Shown here piece after piece: positions 46,238 to 54,893 of a DNA stretch of 64,000 nucleotides. The notes beneath the pieces were generated by a model. The model saw nothing but the letters and a program-made list of their open reading frames with translations. It was not told the origin of the DNA and made no database searches. The position numbers and the translations under genes are program-made. Source of the DNA: Clostridia bacterium (GTDB lineage Bacteria; Bacillota; Clostridia; JAAYHZ01); NCBI GenBank assembly GCA_050950825.1, contig JBMNIH010000005.1, positions 64,001 through 128,000 of the forward strand. Direction: 5' to 3'. Every line of letters starts with the position of its first letter. The first letter of the stretch is position 1.

Positions 46238-48238
46238 CTATTTTCGAACCCCTACTTTGGACAAGTCGATCTTCTTAAATCCCGTTTTGAAAGCGGGAGA
46301 AGATTCGTCAAGAGTAAAATCAAAGTTTTCGGGGTCTTTAAAGCCGGGATCGGCTATGATGCTGCCTTTTTCAAGACCGTATTTTTGCACCTCGGAAAGG
46401 GTGCGAAATCCGTCTTGATTCAAGATTATCGGCTCCGACCCGTCGGAACACCAAAGAACATTGTTAGCGGAAACCACCGTGGCCGCCGTAACGTGATTCT
46501 CTCCCGTTCCGGCACCGTATCCGAATCCGTATACGGGACATCCCTTTGTATAGATAATATTGTTTTCGAATAGGATGGAAAGATGGCACTCAAACCGAGA
46601 GACCCGAAGCATTTCCTTCCCCGCAAAGGCAAAGATGTTGTTGCGGACCGTGTTGCTCGTTCCGTAGTGTTGGTGATAACCGTTATCCGAGGTGTTGTAG
46701 CAAACGTTGTTTTCCAAAAGGATGCCGGCGCTGCCCTCGTCCGTATACAACGCCCAGCCTCCGTATTCTTTGCTTTGAATATCGTGTATGAGGTTATTGG
46801 ATACGACCGTTCCGGGCTGTGCTCCTAACAGGTATACCCCGCCCATATCGCTTAAGACACCTTGACCCAAGTTATATATATGGTTGTAGCTTATGATATT
46901 GTCGCGAGTAACGCTAGGGGTGTATCCCCATACCCAGCCGCAGGATATCCCCGTATAGTAAAGGTCGCTGATTTCGTTATGGGAGATATCGTTTCCAAAG
47001 GTATGCATCGCCAAGATGCCGCAAGCGGCAAAGTGCCTTCTGCCGCAACGGTTAATGATATTGTCGGTAATCGTATTTCCGTATGTATATGTATATTCGG
47101 GAGCGTAGGCATCGCCTCCGTTGATCTTGATACCGCCTGCTCCTCCGTCGTAAAATTCACAGCCCGAAATTTTAATATTGGAACAGCCTTCGTTGACGGC
47201 GATGCCATGTAAGCCGTAGTTACGGAACTTACAGTTTTCAAAGGCACATCCCTTTGCTCCGGTAAGGCTTACGACTCCTCCCGCATTGGATACCGCTTGG
47301 GCGTCCGACGCAAAACCCTCCTCTTCTTTCTCCCGCTGCACGCCTTTGGAGCTAATGTAGTCTCCCCTCGTATAGGCGAAGGTAAGACCGCGGAAGCGGA
47401 TATTGTTTACGTGGCGTTGGTTTTTGTGATCTCCGTTTATATTCACAAGGGTTGCGGTAACCGGTGCGTAAGCTTCGATACGGTCCAAGGCTTCTTCATC
47501 GCTTCGCGGGATGTAATAGAGCATGCCGGAGGGGCGGTCCAAGTACCATTCTCCCGGGTTCTTAAACTGTTCGGCAACGTTTTCGATATAGTAGCCGATG
47601 TTGCCGTGGATTTCAAAACGAGATCGGTATTTTAGCGTAAGCCGCCCCGTTTCTTTGTCATAGCTTTCGATGGGAGAATGCTCGTCGATCCAATAGTGGC
47701 AGAAGCTTACAATGCAGTCGTTTATGTTTTTAAAATCCTTTATGTCTTCTTTTTTGGCGATGAACCATTTCGAGCCTGCAAACAGTTCTCTTCCGGGTAC
47801 CTCTTCCCCCAACTTATACAGATATCCTTGGTCCGGATAACGTGTCAGGGACGCACGAAGGCCGTTTACGTACAAGTCGGTAAAGTACCAAGTGCCGTTT
47901 TTAACTTCTTCGATATAGGCGGCGTAACACGGAACTCCGTTGAATACGGACGGCTCAAAACCGGTAATTTTTTTGCCGCCGCTTATGATAACAGGCGATT
48001 CGTCGTAAGGTTCAACGGTGACGCTGTACACAGGGTTTGAAATCGTCAAAGGAGACGACATCAAGTATTCGCCGCCCATCATACGGATGACGATAGGCTG
48101 CAGCATCCCTCCTCCCCGCATTTCCTCTACAACCCGAAAAGCCGCATTTAAACCGGAAAGCGGCCTAACCTGCGAATATCCGTCGCCTTTTCCGTCGGGG
48201 GATACATAAAGAACGGTAATCTCATGGTATCTTCTCAT
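46238..48238 (-). CDS. Right-handed parallel beta-helix protein (GH141-like glycoside hydrolase/lyase), no signal peptide
   Basis: LYVSPDGKGDG, YIENVAEQFKNPGEWYLD, repeated PbH1 turns, LSDMGGVY, YGGWALYTDEGS and IIADPGF. Confidence 0.85.
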   Translation of the reverse strand: MRRYHEITVLYVSPDGKGDGYSQVRPLSGLNAAFRVVEEMRGGGMLQPIVIRMMGGEYLMSSPLTISNPVYSVTVEPYDESPVIISGGKKITGFEPSVFNGVPCYAAYIEEVKNGTWYFTDLYVNGLRASLTRYPDQGYLYKLGEEVPGRELFAGSKWFIAKKEDIKDFKNINDCIVSFCHYWIDEHSPIESYDKETGRLTLKYRSRFEIHGNIGYYIENVAEQFKNPGEWYLDRPSGMLYYIPRSDEEALDRIEAYAPVTATLVNINGDHKNQRHVNNIRFRGLTFAYTRGDYISSKGVQREKEEEGFASDAQAVSNAGGVVSLTGAKGCAFENCKFRNYGLHGIAVNEGCSNIKISGCEFYDGGAGGIKINGGDAYAPEYTYTYGNTITDNIINRCGRRHFAACGILAMHTFGNDISHNEISDLYYTGISCGWVWGYTPSVTRDNIISYNHIYNLGQGVLSDMGGVYLLGAQPGTVVSNNLIHDIQSKEYGGWALYTDEGSAGILLENNVCYNTSDNGYHQHYGTSNTVRNNIFAFAGKEMLRVSRFECHLSILFENNIIYTKGCPVYGFGYGAGTGENHVTAATVVSANNVLWCSDGSEPIILNQDGFRTLSEVQKYGLEKGSIIADPGFKDPENFDFTLDESSPAFKTGFKKIDLSKVGVRK

Positions 48239-48298
48239 AATGCATTACACCTCCATAAACCGTGAAAGTTGTTTTATGAATGAAGCATGAAAATATAC

Positions 48299-49024
48299 TT
48301 AAAAATATCCTTCCAATACATCGGCAAATCGTTGAATCACCCTATTGTCGATAGATCTGTCTTCTTTTGAATAACGAAAAGGCTTCTTTCGGATTTGCAA
48401 AGCTTTTTGCAGCATATCCTTGTCGGGGCAAAGGCTTTGTTCCAAAGCCCATTCTCCCGCTTTTGTTTTGGAAATGATTTTCCCGGTACGTAAGGTATAT
48501 ATCCCGCGGGCAATATCCAAAAGCCATCCTACCTCTTCACCGTATTTTCGTGCCGCTTGGACATGCAATCGAATATCCTCACGCATTTGTTCGTATGAGG
48601 GGTACGTCATTTTAGGACGGATATCGGATCCGTATAGCACAACTCCGTAATCCAACAGATCCGCCGTACTGAGGCTGTTGAATATGTAGCTGTCGACGAT
48701 TCGCTGCCCCCTTGTCCCCCAATAGACCGTCCTTTCTTTTTTCTTCTCCAAAAAAGCATCCAACGAAAGCATGCCGCCTTCAAACAGACGAAAATAGGGG
48801 TTTTCGGGATAGCGTTCCTGCAGCCTCTGGCGAAGATGAACCAAGCCTTCCGCTTGTTGTTCGGTGATTTCACGATCGGTAAGGACGAGAATATCGATAT
48901 CGCTCCAACCGAGCTTAAAATCACCGGTTGCAACGGAACCGTAAAGATAAATAGACGGATTATGATCTCCAAGAATCGAAAGAATTTCATTTATCATTAT
49001 TTCCATTGCTTCCCTCAAGATCAT
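48299..49024 (-). CDS. Nucleotidyltransferase with DUF4111/AadA-like C-terminal domain
   Basis: IYLYGSVATGDF..GWSDIDILV (pol-beta G-S..DxD) and ISKTKAGEWAL. Confidence 0.8.
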   Translation of the reverse strand: MILREAMEIMINEILSILGDHNPSIYLYGSVATGDFKLGWSDIDILVLTDREITEQQAEGLVHLRQRLQERYPENPYFRLFEGGMLSLDAFLEKKKERTVYWGTRGQRIVDSYIFNSLSTADLLDYGVVLYGSDIRPKMTYPSYEQMREDIRLHVQAARKYGEEVGWLLDIARGIYTLRTGKIISKTKAGEWALEQSLCPDKDMLQKALQIRKKPFRYSKEDRSIDNRVIQRFADVLEGYF

Positions 49025-49053
49025 AACCCGTCTCCTATTATGTTCAACAATCT

Positions 49054-49704
49054 CTACGATATTATCTTTTTAAGCTGACTCCAAATCGTTCCATACGCTT
49101 CTTCGGCCGACCCTTGTTCTTCGGCAAGCTTTTGCAAGACGCCTTTTTTAAATAGCTCTCTTCCCGCAAGGACGCCCTGCGGGCAGTCGAGAGTCATTTG
49201 GGAAAGTATATGCTCGTAGCGGTTAATGCTTTTATCCAATTCGAAATAGGTATGCAAGGCGATTTGTACGGCTTCCAAGATGTCATGGGGACCTTCGATT
49301 TGGATGTTTTTCGATTTTACATAATCGCTGTGCTCCGTATACCGTGCCGCGCCTGCGTAACGGTCCCGTGCCGCATATTTACAATGCCGAACATTCCCCA
49401 TTACAATGGCACCGAAGCAAAGGATGCAGGGCTCGGTTGTGGTATAGAGGGTATAGGCTCGTATGTTCGGATGCTCTTTTCGTTTCAATTGGACAATGGC
49501 ATTGATTTCCGCGTGAGCAAGGTTGTTTCCGTATAGGGCCGGTCCTTCGCCTTGCTCGATATAAACCATGTTTTGTCCGGACGAAACGAGATTCCCGTTT
49601 TCATCGAATATGGCGGCTCCTACGGGAATCGTACCGGAGCAAAAAGCCTCCCAGGCTTTTGTAAAAGCCGTTTGCCACCCGCACTCAAGGTCTTGCCAAG
49701 TCAC
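49054..49704 (-). CDS. Zinc-dependent nucleoside deaminase (TadA/cytidine deaminase-like)
   Basis: PVGAAI, AHAEINA and TTTEPCILC. Confidence 0.88.
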   Translation of the reverse strand: MTWQDLECGWQTAFTKAWEAFCSGTIPVGAAIFDENGNLVSSGQNMVYIEQGEGPALYGNNLAHAEINAIVQLKRKEHPNIRAYTLYTTTEPCILCFGAIVMGNVRHCKYAARDRYAGAARYTEHSDYVKSKNIQIEGPHDILEAVQIALHTYFELDKSINRYEHILSQMTLDCPQGVLAGRELFKKGVLQKLAEEQGSAEEAYGTIWSQLKKIIS

Positions 49705-49708
49705 TTGA

Positions 49709-51562
49709 TTACTCCTTTAACTCGATTTTATATACCTTCGGCCCTCCGCAGTAATAGACGGCATCGTCGGTTACGGCTATACCGGATGTTGCCGCATAAG
49801 GAAGCTTTGCGGCACATTGTACCGTGTAATTCGAAGGATCGATTGCAAGCAAGGCTCCGGACAGCAACAGATAAATCACCCCGTGCTTATACGTCATACC
49901 CTGCCTTACGACCCCGCCGTAGCTACGAAGGTCTTCTTGGTAAAGCACTCTTTGTGTTTTGTAGTCGTATACAAAATAGGTACAAGCGGAATTGATTCCG
50001 AAAACAACGTCCCCTACCCTTACCATATGGGCAATTTCGGGCACGCCCTTGAAGGGGTATGCAACGTTGCATATTTCCAACGTATTCGGATTGAACTCAA
50101 AGATGGCCGCCGTATCGTATACCGGTGTGCCTCCTCCGGGCGCCAAAACCGTTGATCCGCACAAAACGTTGCCGGAAGGAAGCTCCGTCATGGCCAAGAT
50201 GCCGTGGTATTTTAAAAGCTCTTCGTTTTCAATGATACGGGAATAGCGGGATTTGACGTCATAGATCACCATTCCGCCTCCTACCACGCCATAGCCTCCG
50301 TAACCGCTGAAAAGGCATGTTCTTCCGTCGGACAAAGCAAGAGCCGATCGGGGTCGGTGTATGGCTTCCGCCTTTGCTTCCTGCTTCGGGCTTACATTGA
50401 CAGCGTCATTGACAATTCCTCGTTTGGTATCGATACGGTAGATGTATCCTCCGGAATAGGCGGCACCCGCCAAGATATCTCCTTGGTAGCAGTAGCAGCA
50501 AATATTGCCTACGCCTTTTCCGATGGATTTGATGCCGTGGTCCGTTATTTTATCCGTTTTCGGATCAACGGTGAATATGTTCATGGGGTGGTTCGTGGTA
50601 CCGTATATGATACCGTCCGGTCCTAGCGTGATGGGGGAGCAGTTGGCGCCTTCGCAGTCGTAAGCAAAGCTTACCGTTTTCGTTTCACCGGTATCGGCGT
50701 CCTTGTATGAAAAGGTTTTCGCAGGATAATCCATAGACTCGAGAATCGGCGCATTGTCAAAAGGAACATGAAGCCCCCACGGGTAGCCGCTTTGATAATA
50801 ATGGGAAACGGAATCCGTTTTTTCTATGATTTCTCCGTTATCAAGTATGTACCAATGTCCGAGGTGCTCTCCGTCGGCTTCGGTTTTTCCGTCTACGGTC
50901 ACTCTTGCCGCTACCTTACCGTCTTTGGTTTTATACACCTCCGCATGTCCGGTTCCCGGCATACGGGGGAATATGAATTTTTTCTCCCCTGTTTCGATAT
51001 GAAACGCCACCACGTTCACTTCCGCCGTTCCGATAGCGTTATATATCCGGCCCGAAGAATCCGCCGCTTGGGAGAAGCAATATTTCTGAACCTCGTCGAT
51101 GATTCCTAAGTTCTTGATCTTCTTCGTTAAAGGATCAAAGGAATACAAATAGAGGACAGGGTACCCGGCAAAATAGATGTTGCCGTTGTCGTCTTCGCAA
51201 AATCCCCATCCGATAAGAGACATCCCCGCGTCGTTGACACGAATGACGGCGGTGTATTTCTTTAATACCGGATCGAACTCGTAGAAATAGGCATTGGCAC
51301 CCGTATAGAATTTCCCTGCCTTCGATGCAAAGCATTTAAAGGGTGCCCCGGATAGGTTGTTCTCGAAAATATGCTGTGAAGAGGTGCCTTTTTCAAAGTC
51401 ATAGCACACCAAAAATCCTAAAGAAGGAAAAACTCCGTAGAATTTGCTGTCCGAGCCTTTAAGAATGGCTCCGGAGCGGGCCTCCGCCGTGTTGGATGCG
51501 ATTCCTAAGCATTGAATCCGAACATGTCCTAAAGCGTTGATTTGCTTTTCATCCCCTGCCAT
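49709..51562 (-). CDS. Beta-propeller repeat protein, no signal peptide
   Basis: Repeated YxFDP.T / G.IY blades; paralogue of 52772-54850. Start at ATG 51562 after GGAGG. Confidence 0.75.
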   Translation of the reverse strand: MAGDEKQINALGHVRIQCLGIASNTAEARSGAILKGSDSKFYGVFPSLGFLVCYDFEKGTSSQHIFENNLSGAPFKCFASKAGKFYTGANAYFYEFDPVLKKYTAVIRVNDAGMSLIGWGFCEDDNGNIYFAGYPVLYLYSFDPLTKKIKNLGIIDEVQKYCFSQAADSSGRIYNAIGTAEVNVVAFHIETGEKKFIFPRMPGTGHAEVYKTKDGKVAARVTVDGKTEADGEHLGHWYILDNGEIIEKTDSVSHYYQSGYPWGLHVPFDNAPILESMDYPAKTFSYKDADTGETKTVSFAYDCEGANCSPITLGPDGIIYGTTNHPMNIFTVDPKTDKITDHGIKSIGKGVGNICCYCYQGDILAGAAYSGGYIYRIDTKRGIVNDAVNVSPKQEAKAEAIHRPRSALALSDGRTCLFSGYGGYGVVGGGMVIYDVKSRYSRIIENEELLKYHGILAMTELPSGNVLCGSTVLAPGGGTPVYDTAAIFEFNPNTLEICNVAYPFKGVPEIAHMVRVGDVVFGINSACTYFVYDYKTQRVLYQEDLRSYGGVVRQGMTYKHGVIYLLLSGALLAIDPSNYTVQCAAKLPYAATSGIAVTDDAVYYCGGPKVYKIELKE

Positions 51563-51682
51563 ACCGTCGTAACCTCCCGTGAAGTTATGCAATAATTATA
51601 CCATAGTCTTACATAGAAAAATTCGGAACGATGCGCAAAATATTGTATACTTAAAATATCAATAGAGGGGAGTTGTAAAAAG

Positions 51683-52765
51683 ATGAGGTTTCGAATGTAC
51701 GGTTTCGATAAAAACGACGAATCGATTTTTTCTCGATTCAAAAAAGAAGGCATTGATGCGGTAGTATGGGTTAAAAACGATGAAGCCATGAAAAAAGCCG
51801 AGGATACGGGCCTTTCCTATTACATCTGTATGGGAGCCTTCGGCTCCTCCGACGAAAAGGAATTTTGCATCAACGTAAACGGAAAAGCCGTCTCTTGGTT
51901 TAGCTCCGGATGTCCGAACCGTCCGGAAATACAAAAACGATGTCTTGATAAAGCGGAAGAGTTGGCAAGACTCCCGCATCTAAAAGGCATTATCATCGAC
52001 GGTGCCCGGTTTTCATCGCCGGCATCCGGCGACAGCATTGAAGCATTTCTAACCTGCCTTTGCCCTTATTGCGTTTCCAAAATGGAGCGTTTGGGCATGA
52101 ACACAGAGGGTATCAAAACCTCCCTTACGGCTTTTTATCGGTTATTGAAATACGGAGAAGAATTTTCAATATCGGACCATATCGATAATCTTAAGGAATG
52201 GCTGCGGTTTCGAAGAATAACCGTAACGGAGTTTTTGAAAGCCTATGTTAAAAGGATAAAGGCTCAAAATCCGAATCTTGAAACCGGCATCTACATTTTT
52301 ACTCCGTCGTTGTCCGATTTGGTAGGACAAAGCTACGAAGACTTGTCTTCCTATTTTGACTTCTTCTCTCCTATGATATATCGGCATTTTAAACACCCGA
52401 GCGGACCTGCCTGTTTGGACCATGAAATTTCCGCCATTTTAGGATACGGGGAAGGAAAAAACGAAGATGCGAAAAATACGATCCGTGAAACCTTTATCCG
52501 GTTAACCGGGGTCGATTACTTTGGCTTCGGCACAAGGGAATCTTTAAAAGAAGAAGGCTTGCCCCCTGAAACGGTCGGAGCGGAAACAAAAAAAGCCGCG
52601 GACCGTTCCTGCGGCCGTAGGGTAATTCCCATCATTTTATTGGATGACGATCGGTTGGAAAGATCCTTAGGACAAATTTCCAATCTTGTGGATGAAATCG
52701 ATTTTTACGTCTACGATAAAACGGTTTTTGACAAGGCGATTGCCGTATTAAAGAAGTTTTCGTAG
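51683..52765 (+). CDS. Hypothetical protein, probable glycoside hydrolase-like TIM barrel (GHL10-like)
   Basis: GCPNRPEIQ...KGIIIDGARF, CLCPYC, WLRFRR, GQSYEDL and FSPMIY. Confidence 0.6.
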   Translation: MRFRMYGFDKNDESIFSRFKKEGIDAVVWVKNDEAMKKAEDTGLSYYICMGAFGSSDEKEFCINVNGKAVSWFSSGCPNRPEIQKRCLDKAEELARLPHLKGIIIDGARFSSPASGDSIEAFLTCLCPYCVSKMERLGMNTEGIKTSLTAFYRLLKYGEEFSISDHIDNLKEWLRFRRITVTEFLKAYVKRIKAQNPNLETGIYIFTPSLSDLVGQSYEDLSSYFDFFSPMIYRHFKHPSGPACLDHEISAILGYGEGKNEDAKNTIRETFIRLTGVDYFGFGTRESLKEEGLPPETVGAETKKAADRSCGRRVIPIILLDDDRLERSLGQISNLVDEIDFYVYDKTVFDKAIAVLKKFS

Positions 52766-52771
52766 TCATAA

Positions 52772-54850
52772 TCATCGTTTTAGCAAAGCCTTGTATACCA
52801 CGGGGCCCGAGCAAAAGTATACGGCATCCTCCGTTACCGCGATACCGGAGGTTACTTGCTTGGGAAACGTTTCTAAAAAGGTTATCGAATAATCCTCGGG
52901 GTTAATCTTTAAAAGCGCTTGGGTCATCAAAAGATAAATAACCCCGTCCTTGTACACCATGCCCTGCCTGACCGCAGGGCCTGCGGTATGAAGGTTGTAT
53001 TGATATGTGACCTTTTGCTCCTTGTAATCGTAGACAAAGAGAATGGCGCAGGAAGTGACACCGATGACCTTATCCCCTACGCAAACCATATGGGCGATTT
53101 CAGGCAAGCCCTTTAAGGGATACGTAATGTTGCTGACTTCATAGGTTTGCGGATTGAATTCGAAGAGGGCCGCCGTATCGTAAACCGGAGTTCCCCCTCC
53201 GGGGGCTAAAACCGTGGTACCGCACAGAACGTTGCCGGAAGGAAGCTCCGTCATGGCCGTGATTCCGTGGTACTCCAGCAAATCCTTGTTTTCGATGACA
53301 CGGGTCTTGCCGGTTTTCACGTCGTATATGGCCATACCGGCTCCTACCACACCGTAGCCTCCGTACCCGCTGAAAAGACATGTCCTTCCGTCGGACAAGG
53401 CCAAGGCCGAACGAGGCCGATATATGGCATCCGACTTCGCCTCAAGCCTCGGGTTCATGCCCGCATAGGTGTTTATAATCTCCGTCTTGGTATCAAAGCG
53501 GTAGATGTATCCTCCTGCATAGGCGGCGCCTACGAGAATATCTTCTTGGGATGCGTAGCAGCAAATATTGCCTACGCTGCTGCCGATGCTTTTGATCCCG
53601 TAGTCCGTTATGGTGTCGGTCTTCGGATCAACGGTAAAAATATTCATGGGATGGCTTGTGGTTCCGTATATGATGCCGTTCGGACCCAACGCCAAAACGG
53701 AGCAGTTCGCCCCTGCGCTTTTGTAGTCAAATACCGCCTTCTTTATCTTTTTCGTTTTCGGATCCCAATAGGTAAAGGTTTTCCCGGGATAGTCCATGCC
53801 GCCAATGGAAGGTGCATCGTCGTAAGGGATGTGAAGCGTCCAAGGATAAGCGGTGTCGTAACAGTGACGGATCTGCGTTACCTTTTCCTTTACTTCCCCG
53901 TTTTCCAGCACAAACCAAGAGCCCAAATGCTCCCCGTCGGCACTGCTTTTTCCGGTTACGGTTACGTTTGCAACGACCTTGCCGTCTTTGGTTTTATACA
54001 CAACCGCATTGCCGGTTCCGGGAATTCTCGGGAACATGAATTTCTTTTCTCCCGTTTTTACATTAAACCCGATGACGTTCACTTCCGCCGTTCCGATGGC
54101 GTTGTAGACCCAACCGTACGAATCCGCTCCTTGGGTAAAGCAGTACTGCTGCGTTTCATCCAAAAGGCCGTGGTTTTTCACTTCCCCCGTTTCGGGGTTA
54201 TACGAATAAAGATGGATTTTCGGGTAGTTGGAAAAATAAATGATTCCGTTATCGTCCTCGCAAAAGCCCCAGCCTACTTCCGAAGCGCCCATCTCTCTCA
54301 TGTTGATAACCTTCGTAAATTCCTTGTCAACCGGATCAAACTCGTAAAAGTAAACGCCTGCACCGGTATAGAATTTACCGGCTTGGGATGCGAATGATTT
54401 GTAAGGTGCGCCGTTAGCATTGTTTTCGAAGTTATGTTGGGTGTAGGAATCGGTTTCCAAATCATAGCAAACCAAAAAACCGATGGACGGCAGCACCGCG
54501 TAGAATTTGCCGTCTCTTCCCTTGACAATGGCTCCGGACCGAGCTTCGGAGGTGTTCGAAGCGATACCCAAGCGCTTGACGGTCTCCGATTCCATGATAT
54601 CGATTTCCTCTTCCGTTACGAAAGGTTCGCTCTTTTCGGTAACGGATTCCGGATTCACGGTATCGGAAGGCGCGGACGTTGCTTCGGTTTTTTCGGTTGT
54701 CGTTTCTTTTTTTGCTTCCGTTTCCTTAAAGGTAACGGATTGCGAGTAAGGGACCGTTTGTTTTTCCGAAACTTCGGCTTCCCTTGAGCAGCCGACAACG
54801 GATATAAGAAAAACGAACAGACAAAGAATCGCTTTTGCTTTTACGGACAT
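52772..54850 (-). CDS. Beta-propeller repeat lipoprotein
   Basis: Lipobox SVVGC and a Thr/Glu-rich linker, then the same domain as 49709-51562 (LGIASNT.EARSGAI). Confidence 0.78.
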   Translation of the reverse strand: MSVKAKAILCLFVFLISVVGCSREAEVSEKQTVPYSQSVTFKETEAKKETTTEKTEATSAPSDTVNPESVTEKSEPFVTEEEIDIMESETVKRLGIASNTSEARSGAIVKGRDGKFYAVLPSIGFLVCYDLETDSYTQHNFENNANGAPYKSFASQAGKFYTGAGVYFYEFDPVDKEFTKVINMREMGASEVGWGFCEDDNGIIYFSNYPKIHLYSYNPETGEVKNHGLLDETQQYCFTQGADSYGWVYNAIGTAEVNVIGFNVKTGEKKFMFPRIPGTGNAVVYKTKDGKVVANVTVTGKSSADGEHLGSWFVLENGEVKEKVTQIRHCYDTAYPWTLHIPYDDAPSIGGMDYPGKTFTYWDPKTKKIKKAVFDYKSAGANCSVLALGPNGIIYGTTSHPMNIFTVDPKTDTITDYGIKSIGSSVGNICCYASQEDILVGAAYAGGYIYRFDTKTEIINTYAGMNPRLEAKSDAIYRPRSALALSDGRTCLFSGYGGYGVVGAGMAIYDVKTGKTRVIENKDLLEYHGITAMTELPSGNVLCGTTVLAPGGGTPVYDTAALFEFNPQTYEVSNITYPLKGLPEIAHMVCVGDKVIGVTSCAILFVYDYKEQKVTYQYNLHTAGPAVRQGMVYKDGVIYLLMTQALLKINPEDYSITFLETFPKQVTSGIAVTEDAVYFCSGPVVYKALLKR

Positions 54851-54893
54851 GATACAAACCTCCTTTTAACCGCGATACGGAAAACTACCGCAA

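Noticed and set aside
48299-49024. Acquired aadA resistance gene
   Set aside because: Only family-level motifs are visible, with no integron or transposon context, so no gene symbol was assigned.
53267-54397. Long antisense ORFs (also 55551-56318, 58647-59438, 19255-19890, 32471-33097 and the + strand ORFs over topB)
   Set aside because: They lie opposite well-supported genes, have no RBS or motifs, and are best explained as codon-bias shadows.
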